Source: an uncultured Leptospirales bacterium (lineage in GTDB: Bacteria > Spirochaetota > UBA4802 > UBA5368). From it: a stretch of 64,000 nucleotides of DNA. Every line of letters starts with the position of its first letter. The stretch's first letter is position 1. A program made the translations under genes and the position numbers. A model generated the notes under the pieces. It was not told the DNA's origin. It searched no databases and worked only from the letters and a program-made list of their open reading frames with translations. The DNA lies in NCBI GenBank assembly GCA_964624235.1, contig CAZUXY010000001.1, forward strand, positions 143,288 to 207,287, in the 5' to 3' direction. Positions 29,219-38,094 of the stretch are shown here, one piece after another.

Positions 29219-31240
29219 TCAGGTACGTGAACACACTGTGTCTATTTCCAGGGCCGCCAGAAAACCTCCGTGTATTGCGTCGTTAAGACGTGAAGGCTTT
29301 ATGCAATCACCGACAGCTTTATACGGAATTCCTGTCTCCTGTATACGGCCGGAGATGCTCTTTACCGGTCGTGATCCCGCTGCAATCACGACGTTGTCGT
29401 ACTCTCTGGTCTCTTTTTTCCCTTCCCTTTCGAAATCCACGACGGCACCGGCTACCGAGAGCACCTTTGCCCCGGTGATAATCTCCACTCCGTAACGATC
29501 CAGGTTGATGTTCACCACCCATCGTGTCGACCGCCCAATATCATTACCCGCCCGCGGAAGCATTTCGAATACCGTTACCTCTTTGGACCCGTGGAACATC
29601 AGTTCCCTCAGGCGATATTCCGGCTCCGCGCCATGGGCAAAAAGGAAGTGCAGCGTCTCGGGGGTCAGGGTTCCTTTAACCGCCAGAAAAAGCGCGGTCT
29701 CCAGTCCTACGGCGCCGCCGCCGATGACCGCAACCCGCTTCCCCACCGGCGTGTTTTCCCGAAGCAGCTTCCAGGCCGAAAGCACCTTTTCGTCTTCGAG
29801 CCCTTTAACAGGAGGGTAAAACGCCTCTGCACCCTCAGCGACTATAATAAAATCCGGACCGCTTTCTCTGATCGTTTCAACGGTAACTTCGGTGTTGACT
29901 TTTACCGGTATGTTAAGTGCGCGTATCATTGCCTTGTAATAACGGATTATCTCCCACAGTTCGTTCTTGTGTGGTGGTGCGCCGGCAATCCACAGCTGGC
30001 CGCCTATTTCTCCTTCCTTTTCATAGATTTCCACCCGGTGCCCGGCTGTGGCAGCGGTTACACCTGCCTCCAGCCCTGCGGGCCCGGCCCCGATCACCAT
30101 TATCTTTCGTGGTCGTGTCGTTTTCTTTACTACTCTTTCACCTTCGTATCCCGCCCTGGGATTTGCGATACAGAACACCGGTTTTCCGCTGAATATCGTA
30201 TCGGTGCAACCCTGGTTACAGGCGACGCAGGGACGTATCTCGTCGGTCCTTCCTTCAAAGGCTTTTCTGGGCCATTCCGGGTCGGCGATAAGCACACGTC
30301 CCAGGTTTACCATGTCTGCCACCCCGTCCCTGATGAGTTTTTCCGCAATGTCGGGATTGGAGATACGGTTTGAGGCCATTACAGGAATCGATACCGCCCG
30401 TTTGATATTGAAAGCAAGATAGGTATAGGCCCCCCGGGGGACGTCCATAGGAAGCTGAGGTACCCGGGTTTCATGCCATCCCCCGGTTACGTTGATTAGA
30501 TTCACCCCGGCCTGCTCATACACGCGCGCAATAGCGGGGGTCTCTTCGTCGGTGTTGCTGCCCGGCACGAAATCGTTGCCGGCCATTCGTACGCTGATAG
30601 GGTAGTCCCTGCCCAGGGTTTTCCTCATCGATTCGATGATTTCCCGGGGAAACCTGATCCTGTTCTCAAAGGAACCTCCATATTCGTCGGTACGCAGGTT
30701 TTTCACCGGTGAGAGGAACTGAGTGATAAGATACCCGGCCGATGCGATGATTTCCACTCCGTCAAACCCCGCCTCTTTCGCCCTCACGGCCGCTTTAACG
30801 AAAGCTTCCTGGGTATTTTTAATATCTTCCAGGGTCATTTCCCTGGGTGTTTCTTTCGTATAACGTGAGTATATCTCGGATGGGGCCAGGGCCCTATTTC
30901 CATCTATCAGGACTGAGTAAGTATAGGCACCGGCATGGAACAGCTGTATCCATGCCCTGGCACCTTCTTCTTGTATTATTCGGGTAAGCTTTTTAAATGA
31001 AGGAACAGTATCATCACCAGCGATGGAAAGAGGTATTATGCCGGCACCCAATCTGTCCACACCGACCGGACCCACCGTTACCATGCCGGTTCCTCCCCTG
31101 GCCTTTTCAGCAAAATAGTGATAATAGCGGTCGTTCAGCCTGCTATCATAGGAAAACAGCAGGCCCAGTGAAGGGTAGGCTATACGGTTTTTTATTTCAA
31201 CTCCGTTGATTTTAATAGGGCTGAACAGGTAGGTGTACAT
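29219..31240 (-). CDS. NADH:flavin oxidoreductase of the FadH/2-enoate reductase family (OYE TIM-barrel + 4Fe-4S + FAD/NAD(P) domain)
   Basis: N-terminal OYE-like barrel. CVACNQGC...C Fe-S motif. C-terminal MVIGAGPAGLEAG and AVIGGGAVGLE dinucleotide folds. The ATG at 31240 has an AAAGGAG RBS. Confidence 0.8.
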   Translation of the reverse strand: MYTYLFSPIKINGVEIKNRIAYPSLGLLFSYDSRLNDRYYHYFAEKARGGTGMVTVGPVGVDRLGAGIIPLSIAGDDTVPSFKKLTRIIQEEGARAWIQLFHAGAYTYSVLIDGNRALAPSEIYSRYTKETPREMTLEDIKNTQEAFVKAAVRAKEAGFDGVEIIASAGYLITQFLSPVKNLRTDEYGGSFENRIRFPREIIESMRKTLGRDYPISVRMAGNDFVPGSNTDEETPAIARVYEQAGVNLINVTGGWHETRVPQLPMDVPRGAYTYLAFNIKRAVSIPVMASNRISNPDIAEKLIRDGVADMVNLGRVLIADPEWPRKAFEGRTDEIRPCVACNQGCTDTIFSGKPVFCIANPRAGYEGERVVKKTTRPRKIMVIGAGPAGLEAGVTAATAGHRVEIYEKEGEIGGQLWIAGAPPHKNELWEIIRYYKAMIRALNIPVKVNTEVTVETIRESGPDFIIVAEGAEAFYPPVKGLEDEKVLSAWKLLRENTPVGKRVAVIGGGAVGLETALFLAVKGTLTPETLHFLFAHGAEPEYRLRELMFHGSKEVTVFEMLPRAGNDIGRSTRWVVNINLDRYGVEIITGAKVLSVAGAVVDFEREGKKETREYDNVVIAAGSRPVKSISGRIQETGIPYKAVGDCIKPSRLNDAIHGGFLAALEIDTVCSRT

Positions 31241-31334
31241 TGAAAGCTCCTTTGAACATAACAATGTAATGTCAGGTGTAGTACACCATAGTTTCCGGTA
31301 TTGTCTGAACGCAAGTCCTTTTTAGCGTTAAAGA

Positions 31335-31387
31335 TTCGGGGACGCCTGTGAATTCAATTTTCAAGTACAACAGGTCTTGTCCCCGAA
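31335..31387 (-). promoter_or_regulatory. Intercistronic imperfect hairpin between the FabK-like and FadH-like genes
   Basis: TTCGGGGAC...GTCCCCGAA outer stem with an inner CCTGT/ACAGG pairing. No U-tract follows on either strand. Confidence 0.3.
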
Positions 31388-31418
31388 TAGAAAAACAGAC
31401 AGTAAACCTGTAGTGATA

Positions 31419-32456
31419 TTAACCTATCATGGTGCCAACGGTTTTTTTAACCGCTTTTGCTTCACTTACAATACGTTTGATTATATCGGCGACCTTGGGC
31501 GTATCTTTAATTATACCGGTAACCTGTCCCAGGGGGAGTACTCCTTTTTCGTTGTCTCCGTTGACTGTACCTACCTTAAAAGCCTTGAATCCATTCGCCA
31601 TCGTGGCCATCTGGCGTGCCTTACCGTATCCTGAAAGGAGTATAGCGAAAGCCAGCTTCATCCATGGAAATCCCAGAGAATTCGCTATTTCACGGGAGTT
31701 GTAGGCAGCGGTGATCAGGTTCAGCGGTTTCTTTGCAATTTTTAACGCCTTTTCTGATTTCATGAACCGCGCGGGGAGACCGTCGATTTTCGGGGTGTAA
31801 ATCGTATCATAGACGGTCTTCTCGATGCTTAGCTTTTTCATCTGCTCGTGCACCGGGCTTTCCACCGAATTCATGAACCGTGTACCCATGGATACACCTT
31901 CTGCGCCCAGCGCCAGCGCGGCCGCAAGCCCCCTCCCGTCTGCGAAACCCCCTGCGGCGATTACAGGGATCTTCACCGTGTCGACAATGCTGGGGATGAG
32001 TACCAGCGAGGTGACCGCCCCACCGTGACCTGCCGCTTCGTGGCCGGTAACGATCAGGGCGTCGGCTCCTGATTTTTCCGCCGCCAGTGCATGCCGGTGT
32101 GTGGTCACGGTGGCTATCACTTTCCCACCGTACGCATGAGCCCCCTCGGTGATCCGGTCGCCCTTGCCAAGTGCGTAATTGATTACCGGTACCTTTTCCT
32201 CTATAAGCACCATGGCGTTGCGTTCAGCGCCGGGAAAGTACAGGGCTATGTTGGCGCCGAATGGTTTCTTGGTAAGCTTGCGTATTTCACGCACCGCTTC
32301 ACGTGTCTGTTCCGCAGTGAGAATACCGGTGGCGAGTATGCCCAGACCCCCCGCATTGCTTACGGCGGCGACCAGTCTGGGCACGCTGATCCAGCTCATG
32401 CCGGAAAGTATGATAGGGTATTCGATGCCGAAAAGCCTGGTAATACGGGTTTTCAT
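31419..32456 (-). CDS. Nitronate monooxygenase (NMO/2-nitropropane dioxygenase) family flavoprotein, FabK-like enoyl-ACP reductase II candidate
   Basis: MKTRITRLFGIEYPIILSGMSWIS...AGGLGILATG... N-terminus typical of the NMO/FabK family. GAGGAG RBS. Confidence 0.7.
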   Translation of the reverse strand: MKTRITRLFGIEYPIILSGMSWISVPRLVAAVSNAGGLGILATGILTAEQTREAVREIRKLTKKPFGANIALYFPGAERNAMVLIEEKVPVINYALGKGDRITEGAHAYGGKVIATVTTHRHALAAEKSGADALIVTGHEAAGHGGAVTSLVLIPSIVDTVKIPVIAAGGFADGRGLAAALALGAEGVSMGTRFMNSVESPVHEQMKKLSIEKTVYDTIYTPKIDGLPARFMKSEKALKIAKKPLNLITAAYNSREIANSLGFPWMKLAFAILLSGYGKARQMATMANGFKAFKVGTVNGDNEKGVLPLGQVTGIIKDTPKVADIIKRIVSEAKAVKKTVGTMIG

Positions 32457-32613
32457 TGTATGCTCCTCAGGGTTCGCAACACGGCGATCCTATTTTATTT
32501 GATTAACGCAATATGATGTTTTCCCAGTACAGGACACCTCGGGAAATGTTTATTTTTCAAGGAATTTTTAAGTGAAGACGAGAGACAGCAGTAAAAATCG
32601 CATGATGCCGGTG

Positions 32614-32976
32614 CTACTGGTTTCTGAGATTTTTGTACACAGTATCGGAAAGAAGCCCGAGGTGTATCTGGTCGGCGATCATACTCTTCACAATAAGATT
32701 AATCTCTTTCCACGGAATAAACCTGCCGTCATCCAGCATTACCTGCAAATGGGAATGCTCCTCGTCGAATCCCAGATTCTTTATTATGACCGGTACCGTG
32801 TCATCCCCGAAACAGCGAAACTCCAGTTCGAGATCCAGCGTTTCCCCTTCACCCTGCTTGAAAATCTGATTAACAAAGGCATCAAGCAGCATTTCTGCGG
32901 CATGTATCTGCATGCCCGCATCTGCAAGCATGCGTCCATAGTTCTCCATTTCATGCGATTCAGGCCGGTAGGGCAT
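32614..32976 (-). CDS. Hypothetical protein
   Basis: 120-aa acidic ORF with a GGAGGAG RBS and no motif I recognise. Confidence 0.45.
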   Translation of the reverse strand: MPYRPESHEMENYGRMLADAGMQIHAAEMLLDAFVNQIFKQGEGETLDLELEFRCFGDDTVPVIIKNLGFDEEHSHLQVMLDDGRFIPWKEINLIVKSMIADQIHLGLLSDTVYKNLRNQ

Positions 32977-33280
32977 TTGTATTACTCCTCCTTAACATCC
33001 ATAAGAAAGATTATGCAGTGGGTGATACAAGGTTTTACGGCATAAAATGTCAGGCTGATACATCATATTATAACCCCAGACGGTTGAACTGGAATCAGGC
33101 GCTCAATAGAAACAGTCATATCTGAAATTATTTCCAATCAAACGATTTCCACCATTCGACAATTCACTTTTCCGCACAATAACCCGAAAGCATTACCGTT
33201 TGCCACATGCCTGTCTGGTTCCACTTTTACCACCCGCGTGTACATAATGCCGGTATCATTTTCACGGTAATATGAAAAAA

Positions 33281-34798
33281 CTAAAAGTCATAACGGTACA
33301 GGGCTCCTTCTTTCATGACCATGCGTACCGTCTTCATGGCCTTTATCTGGGTCAGCGGATTTCCTTCTACGGCGATCATGTCCGCCTTTTTACCCTTTGT
33401 GATAGTGCCAATGGCATCATCCATCCCCAGCGTTTTCGCATTGATCGATGTGGCCATCTTTAGCACATCGGCGGGAGGAATCCCCGCTGCAACGAACCTC
33501 TGCAGTTCGTCGCAGTATCGACCGAAAAAGCCGCAGTAATAACCGCCCAGATCAGTCCCTATACCTAGCTTCGCGCCTGCTCTGAAAAGTTTCCTTAAAT
33601 TGGAAACCTGGTTTGCATGCATATCCATGAGATACTGCCGGTCGAAGACCAGTTTTTTTCTATCTTCCATTGAAATATTTTTTTTGCCCTGTACCACGGA
33701 AACACCGAGCTCCGATTTCATCTGCCTTACCGCCTCGGGTACCAGAAATTCAGTCCCCTGTTTTTCAACGAGTTCAAGAAGATCTTCTTCAATGAATACA
33801 TCACCATAGGCCATGAGGGTAGCGTGTATAACCATGTTTTTATTCATGAATTTTTCCACATACCGGTCCGGGATTATACCATCCAGTGGCATGTGTTCGA
33901 GCGTGTGAAAACCAAGGTCCACTCCCTTCATAAAACCCGACAGCAGCGGTTCGTGCAGGGCGCACTTGATATCGTGTAGTTTCCCTGTTTCCAGTATCGC
34001 CCGGTATCCTTCGTCGGTATGGTTCGGTAATGCCCGCGGATGATATGAATACGAATGGTCCTGGTGCAGGGTCTTGAGCCACTGCGCCCCTTTGCCTATC
34101 ATTTCCAGGCACGCTTCCTTTATTTGCCCCACGGTTTCAGTACGTTCCGCATAGTTGCCCCCCAGAAGCACTTTAATGACAGGATTCGTAAAATAGGGCG
34201 CCTTCTCCGGGGCACCCAGTATTTTTCCCTTTCTGGCGGCGACAGGGGAGAGGGAGCTAATCACCCGGGGACCTGGTATTTCCTTGCGGTCCGCCAGTGC
34301 CCTGAATTTGAGTATCTTTCCAGGAAAACCTCCCATGTCACGTACGGTAGTGACCCCTCCCATGATACAGCTTTTGAAGTTCATGATCAGCTGATCGTTC
34401 ATCTGGCGGACCGCATCAAGATTGATGTGATACATAAAAGGCACGGTCATGTGGACATGGTTGTCGATCAGTCCCGGGAGGAGCGTCATACCCTTAAGAT
34501 CAACTTCATTGTATCCCTCCGGCTTTGCCAGGCTCTTTTCCCGAACCACATCCTCTATAGCGCCGTCTTTTACCAGCACGGCCAGTCCATCCCGAAGACC
34601 GGTAAAGACCCCATCAAATAACCTGAAATTCTTCAAAACAAGTTTTTTGATAAACTTTGGTTTCCAGTCGACCGGCTTACCGCACCCCGCAAGTGCGGTC
34701 ATAAAAGTACTACTCGTCAACAGGGCGCCGGCGCCCAGTACCGTTGCGCCAAGAAAGTCCCGCCGAGTGCTGCCCTGATTTCCGTCTTTATGTTTCAT
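33281..34798 (-). CDS. Amidohydrolase-superfamily enzyme, Tat-exported lipoprotein
   Basis: Twin-arginine motif TRRDFLGATVLGAGALL followed by the lipobox LAGCG. Metal-binding GLIDNHVHM (HxH). 505 aa. Confidence 0.75.
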   Translation of the reverse strand: MKHKDGNQGSTRRDFLGATVLGAGALLTSSTFMTALAGCGKPVDWKPKFIKKLVLKNFRLFDGVFTGLRDGLAVLVKDGAIEDVVREKSLAKPEGYNEVDLKGMTLLPGLIDNHVHMTVPFMYHINLDAVRQMNDQLIMNFKSCIMGGVTTVRDMGGFPGKILKFRALADRKEIPGPRVISSLSPVAARKGKILGAPEKAPYFTNPVIKVLLGGNYAERTETVGQIKEACLEMIGKGAQWLKTLHQDHSYSYHPRALPNHTDEGYRAILETGKLHDIKCALHEPLLSGFMKGVDLGFHTLEHMPLDGIIPDRYVEKFMNKNMVIHATLMAYGDVFIEEDLLELVEKQGTEFLVPEAVRQMKSELGVSVVQGKKNISMEDRKKLVFDRQYLMDMHANQVSNLRKLFRAGAKLGIGTDLGGYYCGFFGRYCDELQRFVAAGIPPADVLKMATSINAKTLGMDDAIGTITKGKKADMIAVEGNPLTQIKAMKTVRMVMKEGALYRYDF

Positions 34799-35034
34799 CG
34801 CCCAGCCTCCATACCTAAATGCTCACCCTATTATCGTATAACCCGGCTGAACCTTTGTGTCAATGATATTGAATTGCTGACAAAGGATTATTGCATCATT
34901 CCATGTAAATGGGAATAAACGGTCAGATAAAAAGAACCGCCGATACTGCGTATCTAATTGAATGTTCATAGATTTTAGTCTGACAGAAAGGTAGTTGAAC
35001 ATTATGCGAGAGTTGCAAGAAGCCGGAGTACAAG

Positions 35035-35637
35035 CTAAAATATCTGCATAATCGCCTCTGCCATAAGGCGGTATCCAAACACAGTGGGATGAACCAGATC
35101 GGCCTGCACCAGCTTGCGGAACTCAACCCCCTCTGCGATCTTACGCTGCCAGTATTCATGCACCTTGACCAGCGGCAGGTTGTGCTGTGTTGAAAGCGCC
35201 GAAAGCCGCTCATAGAATTGACCGGCATAACTGTTTTCGCGGGGATTGCCCAGACACACCGAAGTGACAAGCACGATCTCTGAATCGACACCACTTCTGA
35301 TCTCCCCGATTATCTGAGATATGCTTTGCCCGAACTCATCGGGTGTATAACCGGTAAAGGCATCATTAAGGGCGAACTGAATGAATACAAGATCGGGATC
35401 GCCATCCACAACATCATAACGTACCCTGGTCAATCCCCCCTGAGCGGTGTCGCCGGGTATACCCCGGTTCAACAGGGAAAAAGCGGCAGCGGGGTATCTG
35501 GACTTGAGCATCTCATCAAGAAAATCAAGATATCCCTTTTGCACCATCCACCCCTGGGTTAAAGAGTCCCCCAGTGCGATTATAGTTACGGGTGAACCGC
35601 TCATTAGTTTCGCAATAGTTTTTTCAGGCTTATGCAT
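35035..35637 (-). CDS. SGNH/GDSL hydrolase
   Basis: All four SGNH blocks are present: GDSLTQG, GIPGDT, NDA and DLVHP. Confidence 0.75.
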   Translation of the reverse strand: MHKPEKTIAKLMSGSPVTIIALGDSLTQGWMVQKGYLDFLDEMLKSRYPAAAFSLLNRGIPGDTAQGGLTRVRYDVVDGDPDLVFIQFALNDAFTGYTPDEFGQSISQIIGEIRSGVDSEIVLVTSVCLGNPRENSYAGQFYERLSALSTQHNLPLVKVHEYWQRKIAEGVEFRKLVQADLVHPTVFGYRLMAEAIMQIF

Positions 35638-35808
35638 TCAGTGCCCTTAACAAAATATAGTTTACTTTATAACTCATTTTGTATAAGTGTAGTTATCCAT
35701 AGATCATGTCAACGAGAAAAGAACTGGGACTTCGCAAATGATCCGGACAACACGAAAATACAACAACTACAGCCCCGGAGAAAGGGTGTGCTTTTATGGA
35801 GGAATAAT

Positions 35809-36813
35809 ATGAAAAAGGTTCTGATTACAGGAGGGACGGGTTTTATAGGGAACAGCCTGGTGGAAGCTAATCTCAGGAAAAAAAACAAGGTAAGGGTGCT
35901 TGTACTGCCGGGTGATCCCGATGAAGCAATCCTGAAAAGCAAAAAGGTGGAAGTTGTATACGGGGATGTCAGGGATTACGCCTCGCTGGAAAAAGCCTGT
36001 AAGGGTATGGACATCGTTTTCCACTGCGCCGCGGTAGTTACCGACTGGGCGCCCCGTAAACTCTTTGATGAAGTCACCATAGGCGGAACCGAGAATATAT
36101 GCCGCGCCGCACTCAAGGCGAAGGTTAAAAGATTTGTCGATATGAGCACCAACGACGTGTTCGGCATGGATGAAAAGAATGTTATGGATGAAACCTTCCC
36201 GCTGCGTCCGTGGAATGAACCGTATCCCGATACGAAAATAGCTGCGGAACGGATTACCTGGGAGTATTATAAAAAAGGACTCCCGGTAACCATGGTTTAT
36301 CCCTGCTGGGTTTTCGGACCCGGGGACAAGACCTTTGTTCCGCTCATTGCCGATGCCATTGTCAAACGAGAACTGATATTCTGGCGGAGGGATGTCATTG
36401 TATGGCCTACCTATATTGAAAACCTGGTGGATCTGCTCATGCTGATAGCCGAAGACCGTCGTGCGGTGGGGAACGGTTATCTGGTGCACGATGGTGAATC
36501 AATCACGTTCCAGGAGTTCTGCACCGACATCGCGAAATCCCTCGGTGTGCCGCCGATAAAGACTCACATCCCCTATTTCCTTGCGTATGTCGCATCATGG
36601 TGTATGGAACTGGTATGGAAGGCGCTGAAGATCAAGACCAGACCGCTCCTGACCACCTATACGGTCAAAAACCTTGGTTCCCGCTTCAGGTTCTCAATCG
36701 CGAAAGCAGAAAGGGAACTGGGATGGAAACCGAGGATTCCGTTCAGGAAAGGATTCGAGAAAACCATGGAATGGTTGAAAACGCTGGATGCGGCGACGCT
36801 GAAACAGAAGTAA
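35809..36813 (+). CDS. NAD(P)-dependent epimerase/dehydratase (extended SDR, 3-beta-HSD-like)
   Basis: MKKVLITGGTGFIGNSLV Rossmann motif and catalytic YPDTK (YxxxK). GGAGG RBS 6 nt before the ATG at 35809. The track's start at 35632 is an upstream extension. Confidence 0.8.
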   Translation: MKKVLITGGTGFIGNSLVEANLRKKNKVRVLVLPGDPDEAILKSKKVEVVYGDVRDYASLEKACKGMDIVFHCAAVVTDWAPRKLFDEVTIGGTENICRAALKAKVKRFVDMSTNDVFGMDEKNVMDETFPLRPWNEPYPDTKIAAERITWEYYKKGLPVTMVYPCWVFGPGDKTFVPLIADAIVKRELIFWRRDVIVWPTYIENLVDLLMLIAEDRRAVGNGYLVHDGESITFQEFCTDIAKSLGVPPIKTHIPYFLAYVASWCMELVWKALKIKTRPLLTTYTVKNLGSRFRFSIAKAERELGWKPRIPFRKGFEKTMEWLKTLDAATLKQK

Positions 36814-36824
36814 TTTGAGGTGCC

Positions 36825-38012
36825 TTATATCTGTACGCTTTTTTTAACAGACTCGCGCACTTCCCGGCAGATCTGAAGTTCCTCGTTGGCGGCTATTACC
36901 ATACCGGCGATAGGGCTTGTGTGTTTTGTAATAAAAGAGCGATGGTTGTTATTTGATTTGTCATCAACCTCTATTCCCAGGTACGAGAAATGAGAAAGCA
37001 CTTCTTTTCTAAGTTTCCATGAATGCTCTCCTATCCCCCCGGTGAACACGATTGCGTCGATGCCGTTCATTACGGCTATATAAGAACCGATTGTAGCGAC
37101 CAGCCTGTTGATAAGTATACTGTTCGCCAGACCCGCCCTGGTGTCGCCTGCAAGGGCCAGTTCTTCTATGGTACGGTAATCACTGCTTTTCCCGCTTATG
37201 CCGAGGAGACCTGACTGCCTGTTTATAATCTCCTTCGTTTGCTCCGTGGTGAACCCCTGCGTGAGCAGAAAGAGTATAATCTCAGGATCGAAGGAACCGC
37301 TTCGGGTTCCCATGGGCAGCCCTTCCAGCGGTGTAAAGCCCATTGATGTATCAAAACTCTCCCCGTGGCGGACGGCGCAGATACTCTGGCCGTTGCCGAG
37401 GTGACAGGTGATTATCTTCAAATCGGATGCGGGTTTTCCCATCAATTCGGCGGCCCTGTACGTCACGTACTTGTGACTGGTTCCGTGAAACCCGTATTTT
37501 CTGATGCCGAATTTGTGATAAAGATCCAGTGGCAGCGCATATAGAAATATTTCTTCCGGCATGGTTTGATGGAAAGCGGTATCGAAAACGGCGAATTGGG
37601 GTATACCAGGAAGCGCACCCGCAAGTATTTCTATGCAGGACACATTAATGGGATTATGGAGCGGCGCGAGGTAAGAAATCTTCTTAAGTTCATCGACCAC
37701 CCCGCGGGTTATTCCGGTAATCGACTTATATCGTTCCCCACCGTGGACCACCCGGTGACCTACGGCGGTTATATCTTTACGACTCTTCAGGACCTGAAGC
37801 GTTTCCATCTGGTTCAGCATGTCTGTAATAGCATCCCCATGGGTACTGATAATGCAGTTTTCCTTCCCGGAGTTGATGTTTCTTAAACAGGACCCCGTAA
37901 ATGCCGTTCCAATGCCGTCATAATGTCCCCTGATCAGCACCTCTTCGGTAGCACCGTTGAAGAGTTGGAATTTCAGCGAACTGCTGCCGGCGTTTACCAC
38001 CAGTATTTTCAT
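36825..38012 (-). CDS. ackA: Acetate kinase
   Basis: MKILVVNAGSSSLKFQLF N-terminus and ...ITCHLGNGQS... are acetate/propionate kinase signatures. About 395 aa from the ATG at 38012. Confidence 0.85.
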   Translation of the reverse strand: MKILVVNAGSSSLKFQLFNGATEEVLIRGHYDGIGTAFTGSCLRNINSGKENCIISTHGDAITDMLNQMETLQVLKSRKDITAVGHRVVHGGERYKSITGITRGVVDELKKISYLAPLHNPINVSCIEILAGALPGIPQFAVFDTAFHQTMPEEIFLYALPLDLYHKFGIRKYGFHGTSHKYVTYRAAELMGKPASDLKIITCHLGNGQSICAVRHGESFDTSMGFTPLEGLPMGTRSGSFDPEIILFLLTQGFTTEQTKEIINRQSGLLGISGKSSDYRTIEELALAGDTRAGLANSILINRLVATIGSYIAVMNGIDAIVFTGGIGEHSWKLRKEVLSHFSYLGIEVDDKSNNNHRSFITKHTSPIAGMVIAANEELQICREVRESVKKSVQI

Positions 38013-38052
38013 GAATGTGTCCGAGACCGCCTTTATTCCTCTAGACGGCACT

Positions 38053-38083
38053 GCAGGGCCGCGGCTTTGAACCGCGGCCCTGC
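38053..38083 (-). promoter_or_regulatory. GC-rich intercistronic hairpin between xsc and ackA
   Basis: GCAGGGCCGCGG-CTTTGAA-CCGCGGCCCTGC is a perfect 12-bp stem, extendable to about 15 bp. No U-tract follows. Confidence 0.4.
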
Positions 38084-38094
38084 GGCCAGGAGGT

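Noticed and set aside
29591-30373. 260-aa plus-strand ORF inside the FadH-like gene
   Set aside because: Antisense to a gene with clear OYE/Fe-S/FAD motifs. Proline/arginine-rich composition typical of a shadow ORF.
35794-36489. 231-aa minus-strand ORF overlapping the SDR epimerase/dehydratase gene
   Set aside because: It is antisense to a gene with a textbook Rossmann GxxGxxG and YxxxK. No start context.
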